Positions 36,251 through 45,125 of a stretch of 64,000 nt of DNA are shown piece after piece. Numbering within the stretch: position 1 is the first letter of the stretch; each line of letters begins with the position of its first letter. Made by a program: the position numbers and the translations under genes. Where the stretch lies: the NCBI GenBank assembly GCA_046861395.1, contig JBHHUC010000002.1, forward strand, positions 28,677-92,676, in the 5' to 3' direction. Origin of the DNA: Fidelibacterota bacterium. Its GTDB lineage: Bacteria > Fidelibacterota > Marinisomatia > Marinisomatales > JABMOV01. A model generated the notes under the pieces. That model saw nothing but the letters and a program-made list of their open reading frames with translations, was not told where the DNA came from and did no database searches.

Positions 36251-38820
36251 TCCAGGAAGGCTCCCAGTTTGATTTCCCGTCCGGGACCGACGTGAGCCGG
36301 ATTATGGTTGGCATCTGGTGAGGTCCCCACCAACGATGCGCCCGGATCAAAGGGTTTCCCGGTTCGCGAATACACAAACAGGATGTTTTGATGATTGGTC
36401 AAATTGGTTATTTCCAAAAAAGATGTCAGTTGGAAGGCACCGATTGAAAATTTCCGGTTTATTCGGGCATCCAGACTGTAAGTCCAAGGTTTCCGGGCGG
36501 AATTAATGTCCACGCGAAAGGCCGGATCAACATAGGGTGTATAGGGTAACCCACTGGCTACATTGAACAGGAGATTCCCATAAAGGCGGGAACGGTTGTG
36601 AGAACTGAAATAAATGTTCACGGAAATATCGTGTCTTTGGTCAAAATCCAGGAAATATTCCTGATGCGGTACTTCTTCCTGGGTATAGGCACTAAAATAA
36701 CCGGCAATGGGATTGGAATTATTCCCCTTGGCAATGGAATAGGTGTATTTGATCGAACCGCTTACCCCCCGGAACAAACGCTGGTTAAATGAAATATCCA
36801 GACCTTTCACTGAGGAGTAGTCCGTATTGGAATATATGACATATTGCGTCGATAAATATCGCATTTGTAGGGTGGATAACAAGCCACGAATATCCTTGGA
36901 CCAAATATTAAACTCCATGACCAGCTGTGGTGACAATTCTTGCTTCAATCCCGTTTCAAAGGATATCGTCTTTTGGGGTTCCACCCGGGGATTGCCCACC
37001 AGTGGCAAGGAAGCCGTCAAATCTTTTTCAGCATTGTAATACAGGGCGTCAAAGGTTGGGGACTGGAAAAAGTGTCCGTAGGAAAAATGAAACACCGTCT
37101 TATCCGTCACCGGATAGGCAATACCGATCCGGGGGCTCCATTGGGCGGCGGGAGCCACATCATAAAGGGGAGCCGGAATAAACTCATTGGTGACCGGATC
37201 GCGCGAGCCAAACCGGCCCACATCCCGCCACATGGACGCATTGGGATCCAGGTAATCCCAGCGCAGACCAAGATTGATGATCAGATAATCGAATTCGATT
37301 TTATCCTGAACATAGAACGACATTTCAACCGGCGTAAAGGTCGTGTCTTCATAAAAATTTACGCCGTCGGTCCAGGGATCCTGTTCGTTGTGGATTCCCA
37401 GATCATAGCGATAGATGGAAAATCCAGCTTTGGTCAGATGTCGTGGATTAATCTGCCAGGTCAAATCACCGCGCAATTGCGTAATGATATTCTGGCTCAA
37501 ACTGTAGGTGCCGCTGGTGCCCGATGCGATGAAACTTACCGATTCCCCCGTGAGATTTCGTTCATATTGTTCTGGGAAAAAATCCTTAACACCCACGCGG
37601 GAAGATTGCCATTGTCGGGCCAGGGATACGGTGTAGAACATGGCCCGGGACAAGGAATGGTTCAGGGACAGAGAAGCCCGGTCGGAAAAACTATAAAGAT
37701 GAGCATTATTGGCGGGTAGATATTTCCAAGGGTGACTGTAGCCCTGGCGTAATGTTTGAGAGGAATGAATCTGGCCCGTTAATTTGAGTTGCGGAGTCAT
37801 TCGGGTTGTCACCTTGGCCAGCACATCCTGATTAATGTTTGCACCATGGGGTAAATAACTATCCCTGTTATGGTAATAATAAGTTGTGTAAAAGGTAGTA
37901 TGCGGTAAAAATGTCGGTCCACCCAGACTGAAGGAAGAAGAGCCTTTACCCGGCATATGTAGAAAAGGAATGAACGGCTGATGATCGAACTGGGACACAT
38001 AATGATCCTGGTATGTTGTCAAACTATCTCCCAGATCAACCCATCGGTAGAGCGAATCCTCCACACCGGAAAATGCACCCGGAGCATGGTATTCCGATTG
38101 GAGGGTATTATCACTGGCAATATCCAGTCGCCCGGTAAATTGTTCGCCCCCTTCCCGGGTGATAATATTGACCACTCCGGACATGGCCTGCCCGTATTCG
38201 GCATTGAAGGTCCCGCTGATGACCGTCAATTCCTGAATGGCATTCTGATTAACCGAACCGACGAAATCACCGCCCATGGGATCCCGGACCAGAATGCCGT
38301 CCACCATGTACAGCAATTCCCGTGAGCGCCCGCCGCGGACATGCAGTTCACCATTCTCATCCGTGGTAAATCCGGCCTGGGTGGCCAGAATATCCTGGAC
38401 ATTCTCCACCGGCATGTTAATGATTTGATCCGAATCCATGACCTGAATCGAGGAAGTGGCATCTTTCTGTATCAGAGGGCGTTCGGCCACCACTTCCACC
38501 ACCTGTTCGGACTCCAGTACAGTTTGGGACAGGGTTACATCAATCCGACTGGTCAGGTCACTTTTAACAAGGATGTCATTTTGTATCACGGTCTGATATC
38601 CGATCATGGTAAACCGCAAATTATAGTATCCCGGGGGAATATTGATGATATAATACTCTCCCCTATCATTCGTGGCGGCACCAAGGATCGTCCCTTCCAC
38701 CATGACATTGGCTCCGATCAGGGGCGCACCGTCCTGGTCTGTGACGACACCGGCAATTTTTCCGTTTGCTCCGGCCCACAATTCCCCCCACAACAAAAGT
38801 ATGATCCAGATCCGTTTCAT
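36244..38820 (-). CDS. TonB-dependent receptor-like outer-membrane protein with a CarboxypepD_reg N-terminal domain
   Basis: GKIAGVVTDQDGAPLIGANVMVEG...YYNLRFTMIGY is the CarboxypepD_reg domain. The plug reads ENVQDILATQAGF...LHVRGGRSRELLYMVDGI. A long barrel ends in ...LGAFLEW. The ATG at 38820 is preferred over the TTG at 38826. The stop overlaps the next gene's start by 7 nt. Confidence 0.85.
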   Translation of the reverse strand: MKRIWIILLLWGELWAGANGKIAGVVTDQDGAPLIGANVMVEGTILGAATNDRGEYYIINIPPGYYNLRFTMIGYQTVIQNDILVKSDLTSRIDVTLSQTVLESEQVVEVVAERPLIQKDATSSIQVMDSDQIINMPVENVQDILATQAGFTTDENGELHVRGGRSRELLYMVDGILVRDPMGGDFVGSVNQNAIQELTVISGTFNAEYGQAMSGVVNIITREGGEQFTGRLDIASDNTLQSEYHAPGAFSGVEDSLYRWVDLGDSLTTYQDHYVSQFDHQPFIPFLHMPGKGSSSFSLGGPTFLPHTTFYTTYYYHNRDSYLPHGANINQDVLAKVTTRMTPQLKLTGQIHSSQTLRQGYSHPWKYLPANNAHLYSFSDRASLSLNHSLSRAMFYTVSLARQWQSSRVGVKDFFPEQYERNLTGESVSFIASGTSGTYSLSQNIITQLRGDLTWQINPRHLTKAGFSIYRYDLGIHNEQDPWTDGVNFYEDTTFTPVEMSFYVQDKIEFDYLIINLGLRWDYLDPNASMWRDVGRFGSRDPVTNEFIPAPLYDVAPAAQWSPRIGIAYPVTDKTVFHFSYGHFFQSPTFDALYYNAEKDLTASLPLVGNPRVEPQKTISFETGLKQELSPQLVMEFNIWSKDIRGLLSTLQMRYLSTQYVIYSNTDYSSVKGLDISFNQRLFRGVSGSIKYTYSIAKGNNSNPIAGYFSAYTQEEVPHQEYFLDFDQRHDISVNIYFSSHNRSRLYGNLLFNVASGLPYTPYVDPAFRVDINSARKPWTYSLDARINRKFSIGAFQLTSFLEITNLTNHQNILFVYSRTGKPFDPGASLVGTSPDANHNPAHVGPGREIKLGAFLEW

Positions 38821-38827
38821 AAGCAAA

Positions 38828-38850
38828 AGGGCGCAGGTAACCTGCGCCCT
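38828..38850 (-). terminator. GC-rich hairpin (10-bp perfect stem, 3-nt loop) followed by TTTGCTT
   Basis: agggcgcagg-taa-cctgcgccct. On the minus strand it follows the stop of the 38859-39896 gene by 8 nt and ends 7 nt before the receptor ATG. Confidence 0.5.
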
Positions 38851-38858
38851 ATCGGCTT

Positions 38859-39896
38859 TTATTTGATAAGCATCATTTTATTATGTTGAGCAACATTTCC
38901 CTGGATAAGTTCATAAATATAGACACCGGAAGGAACTGGGCGTCCATTGATATCAGCGCCATTCCATAAGATTTGGTAGGAATCATTGGACAGATTATCC
39001 TGGACCAGGGTGTTGATTAAGTTGCCATTGATGTCATAGATCTTCAAAGTCGTATATCCTTCCTTAAAGAGATCAAAGGCGATGGTTGTGGAGGGGTTGA
39101 AAGGGTTGGGATAATTCTGCCGCAAAAGAAATGTTTTGGGAATCATCGCTTCGTTGGAAATACCTACCGTGGATAAATCGGTGACCACGATATTATCAAA
39201 ATACCCGGCGATTCCCGAACCCATCTGGAAAGCGTACACTCCGAATTGTCCGCTACCCCGAACATCGACACCGGTATCTTCGTAAACGGGGTCGCCCAGA
39301 GGAAGCCCGTCAAAATACAGGACGAACTGGGTAGTGGAAGAATCAACGGTGGTCACTTCAATCCGCATGGTATGCCAGGCATCGGTAGTATAGTAGCCGG
39401 TGGCATCGATGGAATGATGAAAGGTGTACTGGAAGGTACTGGAATTCAATTGATTATTGTACAACCGGAAACGATTGCTGGCGTCAAAATCCGCTACCAG
39501 TTTATAATAGAAGGTACTGGACTGTGATCCGCCATTAGTTGAATCGGCGTAAACCGCCAGTCCCGTATACGCTGAGCCGCCGGAATTATTAACATAGCAA
39601 TAGACATCGGCCTGGATGGCGTAATTGGCAAGGGTTGTATCGCCGGCTACGGCCATTGCGGCGCCGGTGTAACTGGCATCGGCGTCCATGATGCGGCCAA
39701 CATAATTTCCACCGGTAGCCAGGGCGGTCGGTGCACTGCTCATGGCAACGGCTTCGATGGGTTCTTCATCGGTGAAAAAGACCTGCCATTCCGAATTTGG
39801 GGTACCACTTTCAAAATCTTCACTGAAAATGACAGTCTGACTAAAACCGAATGACAGAATCAACAGACTTAGGGTAAGGTTGAATGCGTGTCTCAT
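38859..39896 (-). CDS. Secreted LamG/DUF1080-like protein with a T9SS C-terminal sorting domain
   Basis: 345 aa with a signal peptide. FSEDFESG...WQVF jelly-roll start. The C-terminal part reads QNYPNPFNPSTTIAFDL...LKIYDINGNLINTL...SGVYIYELIQGNVAQHNKMMLIK. Confidence 0.7.
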   Translation of the reverse strand: MRHAFNLTLSLLILSFGFSQTVIFSEDFESGTPNSEWQVFFTDEEPIEAVAMSSAPTALATGGNYVGRIMDADASYTGAAMAVAGDTTLANYAIQADVYCYVNNSGGSAYTGLAVYADSTNGGSQSSTFYYKLVADFDASNRFRLYNNQLNSSTFQYTFHHSIDATGYYTTDAWHTMRIEVTTVDSSTTQFVLYFDGLPLGDPVYEDTGVDVRGSGQFGVYAFQMGSGIAGYFDNIVVTDLSTVGISNEAMIPKTFLLRQNYPNPFNPSTTIAFDLFKEGYTTLKIYDINGNLINTLVQDNLSNDSYQILWNGADINGRPVPSGVYIYELIQGNVAQHNKMMLIK

Positions 39897-39965
39897 ATTT
39901 CCTCCTGCACTAGAGTAATGATTAGGGAATATTATGGATGAAAACTGGAAATGTTACAGGCTTTT

Positions 39966-40337
39966 TTAGCCCATTGCCATAAATGCTCCGGTGAAATAGG
40001 CGACCACCCAATACATATATACATATTTGTGATACTGGGCGTGAGTTGGCACTAAAGTTTTTTCACCCGCACGAAATGCTTTCACCGACCAGCCGACACT
40101 GATGGCCATCGACAGAAAGGCGGAATACCCGATCAATCCATGCAGTGTAAACGGTGGATGGGTAGCCGCGATGGACATGCATACCAGGGCGGTGAGATCC
40201 AGGGCAACCGCAATCACCAGTCCGGTGATGCGGCCACGGGTCAACGTTTTTGTTTTGAGAATTTTAATGCTGAAGATGGTGAATAGTATCAGCGCTGTTG
40301 TTACGGAAATTGTTCCGGTTAAAATAAGTGGTGTCAC
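39966..40337 (-). CDS. Small 4-TM membrane protein with conserved-looking His residues
   Basis: 123 aa with four hydrophobic helices. His occur in ATHPPFTLHG and THAQYHKY. It lies 12 nt downstream of the TetR gene. Confidence 0.5.
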   Translation of the reverse strand: MTPLILTGTISVTTALILFTIFSIKILKTKTLTRGRITGLVIAVALDLTALVCMSIAATHPPFTLHGLIGYSAFLSMAISVGWSVKAFRAGEKTLVPTHAQYHKYVYMYWVVAYFTGAFMAMG

Positions 40338-40349
40338 TGGTTTCTTCCT

Positions 40350-40949
40350 TTATGCTTGTTCGTTGGTGCTGAATATGCCGTTAAGCATGGTTTCAATATG
40401 GTCTTTTGTAATCGTCCTGGGTCGGGATCCAAGGAAAAAGAGTCCGTGGAACAGACCCCCGATACCCCGCATCAATATTCCCGAATCAAGACGGGGAAAT
40501 TCGGCCTTAGCTATTCCCTCTTCCAGGATGCCACGCAGAACCGTGTAAAGACGATCCTGATACATTTTCCATTCGGGGATCTTACCTTCGGATACTGGAA
40601 TGATATTGGGCGCATTGAATAAAAATGTGTACAAGGATCGTTTTTTTTCAATCTGGTTCCCGATAGTCTGCAGGACAAGAATGAATGTTTCTTTTGCCGT
40701 TCCTCCGGTCTCCAGAACCGGTTCGATACAATCCCATAATTCCTGCCATCCTTCGATCAAAAGGGCATTTATAATTTCTTCCTTGGATTTGAAATAATAA
40801 TAGAGCGTAGCTTTCCCAAACCCCGATTCCCGGGCAATATCAGCCATGGTAACCTGATCGCTGGACATTTTGGCAAATACAGACAGGGCACCGTCCATGA
40901 TCTTACGCCGGCGGAATGTCCGTTCTTCTTCCTGTCGCTTGGTAATCAC
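40350..40949 (-). CDS. TetR/AcrR-family transcriptional regulator
   Basis: 199 aa with the N-terminal HTH signature VTMADIARESGFGKATLYYYFKSKEEI. Confidence 0.85.
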   Translation of the reverse strand: MITKRQEEERTFRRRKIMDGALSVFAKMSSDQVTMADIARESGFGKATLYYYFKSKEEIINALLIEGWQELWDCIEPVLETGGTAKETFILVLQTIGNQIEKKRSLYTFLFNAPNIIPVSEGKIPEWKMYQDRLYTVLRGILEEGIAKAEFPRLDSGILMRGIGGLFHGLFFLGSRPRTITKDHIETMLNGIFSTNEQA

Positions 40950-40987
40950 CGAATACTCATTTCATATTTCGAATGGTGGGTTGAAAG

Positions 40988-41764
40988 TTAATCATTCCAA
41001 AGGAGACCTAACAGTCTTATTATGGCATTCAGGGGATGTTTTATTGATATTCCACCCGGACTGGTCACTGTGACAGGACGATGGCGTATATTCAAAATAT
41101 ATCCGATCCATACGAATATCAGTCCGATAATTTCCCCCAGATACAGATATTCGGTGTGCCCCAGGCGTGATGCGATTCCTCCCAAACCAGGCAATAGCGC
41201 ACCAAGGGCAATCAGGACATTCCCCAGGAACCGGTCCCGCACCTTCCGGCTGGTTGGAGCGGCTCGGAAAAATTTCCAGGCCGAATAAGCCGCACCGCCG
41301 ATGAGGAAAACTACGGCATAGAGGTTTACCAGCGGACTGAACAGTCGTACCCACTGCCAGCGAAGGACATTTCCGCTGGGCAAATGAGAATTCACCAACG
41401 CATAGTCCACAGGGCTGAGGATGATAAACACGGCGGCGATGGTGGCGTAAATAATTAAGAACTGGGACAGGGGTTTTGCGACGGATTTTCTCAGTAATAG
41501 CCAGACCGTGCCCTGAGCCAGAGGCGCTCCTCCCAGAATGGCGCCGGTAATGTACCAGAACTTGAAAATGATAAGATTCCACGAAAATAGGGTAATCCAG
41601 CTTTCGGCAAATGTTCCGGCCCCGTACAGCGCCACGCCGATACTCCACCAGAGCAGGTGATAGGAGCCGGGTTTGGTCCGGTGACGGGAATAGATTCTTG
41701 CGGCAAAGTACAGGGAAAGAAAGGTGGTGCAAATGGGAAGAAAGTGTAACAAGGTGAGTTCCAT
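40988..41764 (-). CDS. Polytopic (about 7-8 TM) membrane protein, unknown family
   Basis: The start was taken at the ATG at 41764 (MELTLLHFLPI...), 1 nt after the upstream stop. The track start at 41818 would overlap the HmuY-like gene. It is hydrophobic throughout. Confidence 0.55.
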   Translation of the reverse strand: MELTLLHFLPICTTFLSLYFAARIYSRHRTKPGSYHLLWWSIGVALYGAGTFAESWITLFSWNLIIFKFWYITGAILGGAPLAQGTVWLLLRKSVAKPLSQFLIIYATIAAVFIILSPVDYALVNSHLPSGNVLRWQWVRLFSPLVNLYAVVFLIGGAAYSAWKFFRAAPTSRKVRDRFLGNVLIALGALLPGLGGIASRLGHTEYLYLGEIIGLIFVWIGYILNIRHRPVTVTSPGGISIKHPLNAIIRLLGLLWND

Positions 41765-41765
41765 A

Positions 41766-42710
41766 TTAACCGTCCAACTCGGCCAGTGTAAAGATAAGAG
41801 CCCCAGCGCCATAGTCATCGAAAGTTAATTTATAGTCACCCTGCGCCGTCCGGATGAGATAGATATACTCGGGATGCTCAATGATCACTTGGTGATTATA
41901 CGGCGGCTCCGGATGATATACCAGTACGGCGTACAGTCCCAGATAACCCAGCACGGATTCGGCATCGCTGTCATACAGCCAGGTGATGGTCTCGGGGATC
42001 TGAACAATATCGTCAAAAACTCCTTCGGTAAGTACAGCCACAGCGGTCCCACCGGACAAGGCAATATGGGGCATATAGACATTTCCTATCTCTGGAACAA
42101 AAATCGGAATTGTATAAAATGCCATATCCCACGATACATCGACCGCCAAACTTCCGGTGGTAAAATCATAACTGGTCTCCTGATCCTGATCAAGGGCTAC
42201 TGTTTCGATGATATCGGATTCGAAACCATTATCACTGCGTACGGCATAACGAAATGTGATGGAATCAGGATTAGCCTTTAATGCTACGAATTTGACAATG
42301 TGATAATCGGTTGTACGAATAAACCAGACATTGCCGTTCCCCATGATATTGTCAGCGCCGGATTGAGAATCTATCCAACGGTTACCAATGACATAAAATT
42401 CGGTGGAGAGAGTGTCCCCCAGATACGGTGCCAAAGGAAGAACGGCGGATTCAAAGGCGGCACTATCGGCCGATAGAGCCCGGACACCCGCTTCGGAGTT
42501 CAGTTGAATGATATAATCTCCCCCATCAGAACGAAAAGCAATGTCATAGGGTTTGACAAAGGATTGATCAGTAAAGTTAAAATGATGACCAAAGGAAGTA
42601 ATATCCTCCGTATTAACGGTCAATTGATTGGGTAGCTGGCTGTCGCCGCCGGGACTTTCACAAGCCACCAGCAGGATGCATAAGATCAGAACACCTAAGG
42701 GTTTCATCAT
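41766..42710 (-). CDS. HmuY-like lipoprotein (putative haem/tetrapyrrole-binding partner of the adjacent receptor)
   Basis: 314 aa with lipobox LVAC. It has repeated DIAF / WDMAF motifs of the kind seen in HmuY-family beta-sandwich proteins. It sits immediately downstream (5 nt) of a TonB-dependent receptor. Confidence 0.5.
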   Translation of the reverse strand: MMKPLGVLILCILLVACESPGGDSQLPNQLTVNTEDITSFGHHFNFTDQSFVKPYDIAFRSDGGDYIIQLNSEAGVRALSADSAAFESAVLPLAPYLGDTLSTEFYVIGNRWIDSQSGADNIMGNGNVWFIRTTDYHIVKFVALKANPDSITFRYAVRSDNGFESDIIETVALDQDQETSYDFTTGSLAVDVSWDMAFYTIPIFVPEIGNVYMPHIALSGGTAVAVLTEGVFDDIVQIPETITWLYDSDAESVLGYLGLYAVLVYHPEPPYNHQVIIEHPEYIYLIRTAQGDYKLTFDDYGAGALIFTLAELDG

Positions 42711-42715
42711 TACCT

Positions 42716-44911
42716 CTATTTGTTTATGATCAGTTCAAGAAAATATTGCCGACCGATGAAAGGACCGTGGATGTCATCAGTGATATTCATTGCATTGGCA
42801 ATTCCCCCTTTTACCGTTATCTGACCGACGATATGCCAGCCGGTGGTAACCGTTACTAGGGTGAAGGGTCTGCGAGGTGTTTTACTGCGGTTGAAATCAC
42901 CCAATTCCGGAATGTATTCGCTGGTAAAGTAGGAACCGATGAATTTCGCATTAATCGCCACTTCCCTGTTGCCACTTCGGTCCTGGCCGCTCCATTGGAA
43001 TGACATGGTAAACGGTTTGGTGTTGGGTATGAGTTGATTTGTTTCCAGATCCCGGTTATCTACATAATTCACGCCCCAACTGGCCGTCATTTGTTGCGAG
43101 ATTTGCCACCGACCCTGGATTTCGAGACCCGAATTCTGAACCCGATCCAGATTGCGATAGCTGAATACATTGGGAGCGGCGACATAATCGTTGATCAGCT
43201 GATTAAACCGTGTGCCGTACAGCATGATGCTGATCTGGTACACCCGGGGATGATAGTAATCCAGACCCACAGTATACCCCAGGGATTGTTCCGGTTTCAA
43301 ATTTGGGTTTCCCTCAATCCTGTAACCGAATGCATCGTGGGTCCAGTCAATATATTGGTCCAAAAATGTGGGCATTCTGAATCCTCGTCCCACGGATGTT
43401 CTCAGCTTCCAGCGTTCTCCCAGTCTGACAAGAAAGGCCAGTCGCGGATTGATCACCGTTCCCACTTCATTATTGCGATCCAGGCGCATACCCACCACCG
43501 CATTAACCACCGGAAATAACCAGAAATCCAGTTGGCCGTATAAACTCACGGCTTTTCGTATTTGCGTCTTTCCGGCAATGCGGTTACTGCTGTATTTGTC
43601 GGTGGATATTTCCGTTCCCACATTCATCGTCAACCGCTCTCCAGTCCGGACGGCGTTGATTTCCAGTTCCCGTTCGATCTCTTTCGTATTGTCAAACAAT
43701 ACCGGCGTTCCCCAGGGCCTGACCTGGGTGTAATTCCGCTGATAATCCGTGGCACGGACATATTCCTGAATGTCCCACCGGGAGCCCCATTTCCACTGAT
43801 GACTCAAGGCGGGGAAAAATCGATTTACCTGTGTTTGGGCGTTGACCGTTTTTGTGTTATTATTTTCCTCATCGGTGTAATAATTCAGATCGATCCTTAT
43901 ACTGTGGTCATCGGATATCTTCCAGGCTACCTGATTCCGGGTCTGAATCTTGTAAATATTATCTACATTGATATGCAGGTTATTATCATCCATATTGATG
44001 GCATTTATATCAATGTTTGATCCCAGGGAAACAGACTGAATCTGTTTACGGAAATCCAGCCGCAGATTGCGGCGGCCGGCGGAGGGGACCAAGGGTTTGA
44101 AGCGTCCATCGCTGCCGGTAAAGCGGGAACTGATTGTCCACCGCCCGGCAGTTTCCGGTTTTTCTGTGATGATATTAATCACACCCCCCATTGCTTCACT
44201 GCCATAGAGGGCTGAATTGGGGCCCTTCAGGATTTCGACTTTACGGACGGCGGCGGTGGGAATCTGATCCAGTGATACGCGACCATCAAACTTCCCCGTC
44301 ACCGGTTGACCATCCACCAGCACCAGCACATAGCGGGAATCCATTCCATTGAGACTGATTACACTTTCTCCCGTAATAGTGGTTGTCACTGAAACACCCG
44401 ATCGGGCGGACAATAATTCCCCCAGATCCAGGGCCCCGGAATCGTCTATATCCTTACGTGTGATTACTTCAGTGGCCACCGGGACATCGCAGTGTATTTT
44501 TTCCGTCCGCGTACTTGTCACCACGACTTCATTCATCAGAAAGAATGCTTCGGTCAGTGCTACGCTAATGGTCGTGTCGGATGTGATATCACATACTTGG
44601 GTAAAGGCGTCATATCCGATATGGCTGAAATTCAATCGGTGGTTTCCGGCCGGAACATTTCTGATGCTAAACCGACCAGCGGGATCGCTGGCATCGCCCA
44701 ATTCCGTTCCAGCTACGGTTACATTCACGAGATCCAGCAGTCGCCCGGTCTCCGCAGCCCGAATTACGCCCGTGACGGTATAGAATGCCGTTTTATCAGG
44801 AAAGGCGGACAGACATAGAGGCAGAAATAATATGAGCAACAGCAGATATGGAATGCGGGAGGGTATTGCCAGAGCACGAGGCCGGTTGCGTGTCATTTTC
44901 CGTGGGTGCAT
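42716..44911 (-). CDS. TonB-dependent receptor (CarboxypepD_reg + plug + barrel), HmuR-like by context
   Basis: 731 aa. YTVTGVIRAAETG...HRLNFSHIGY is the CarboxypepD_reg domain. The plug reads ELLSARSGVSV...LVDGQPV...ILKGPNSALYGSEAMGGVINIIT. A barrel follows. The true start may be an internal Met. Confidence 0.85.
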   Translation of the reverse strand: MHPRKMTRNRPRALAIPSRIPYLLLLILFLPLCLSAFPDKTAFYTVTGVIRAAETGRLLDLVNVTVAGTELGDASDPAGRFSIRNVPAGNHRLNFSHIGYDAFTQVCDITSDTTISVALTEAFFLMNEVVVTSTRTEKIHCDVPVATEVITRKDIDDSGALDLGELLSARSGVSVTTTITGESVISLNGMDSRYVLVLVDGQPVTGKFDGRVSLDQIPTAAVRKVEILKGPNSALYGSEAMGGVINIITEKPETAGRWTISSRFTGSDGRFKPLVPSAGRRNLRLDFRKQIQSVSLGSNIDINAINMDDNNLHINVDNIYKIQTRNQVAWKISDDHSIRIDLNYYTDEENNNTKTVNAQTQVNRFFPALSHQWKWGSRWDIQEYVRATDYQRNYTQVRPWGTPVLFDNTKEIERELEINAVRTGERLTMNVGTEISTDKYSSNRIAGKTQIRKAVSLYGQLDFWLFPVVNAVVGMRLDRNNEVGTVINPRLAFLVRLGERWKLRTSVGRGFRMPTFLDQYIDWTHDAFGYRIEGNPNLKPEQSLGYTVGLDYYHPRVYQISIMLYGTRFNQLINDYVAAPNVFSYRNLDRVQNSGLEIQGRWQISQQMTASWGVNYVDNRDLETNQLIPNTKPFTMSFQWSGQDRSGNREVAINAKFIGSYFTSEYIPELGDFNRSKTPRRPFTLVTVTTGWHIVGQITVKGGIANAMNITDDIHGPFIGRQYFLELIINK

Positions 44912-45125
44912 TACTAATTCCGAATTGTTGTTTTATTTTTCGAACGCTTAGTCGAAAATTAAAACCCAATATTCGGATAATCAAGTCCTGTATAATAATT
45001 ACGGTTTGCTATTAATGAATACGGCGCGGCGGGAATCACCATAGAGAATATGACAGGCCGTTGAACAGCTGCGAATCTTTACATTTATATCCGTTTATGT
45101 GACCAGTCAATTACAGCGGATTATT

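Noticed and set aside
36940-37719. 259-aa plus-strand ORF inside the TonB-dependent receptor gene
   Set aside because: It is an antisense shadow ORF. The receptor frame has plug and barrel motifs, and this frame has none. The same applies to 38341-38889, 37981-38325, 43034-43519 and 43562-44020.
40992-41732. 246-aa alternative-frame ORF on the same strand as the polytopic membrane protein
   Set aside because: It is an Arg/Pro/Ser/His-rich product in the +1 frame of a clearly hydrophobic membrane protein, so the membrane-protein frame was preferred. The same applies to 1374-1907 within the DUF2231 gene.
44912-45125. Fur-box-like AT-rich segment (cggataatcaag...tataataattac) upstream of the HmuR-like receptor
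   Set aside because: It matches the 19-bp Fur consensus only partially, and the region is AT-rich anyway. This cannot be distinguished from background without a matrix scan.
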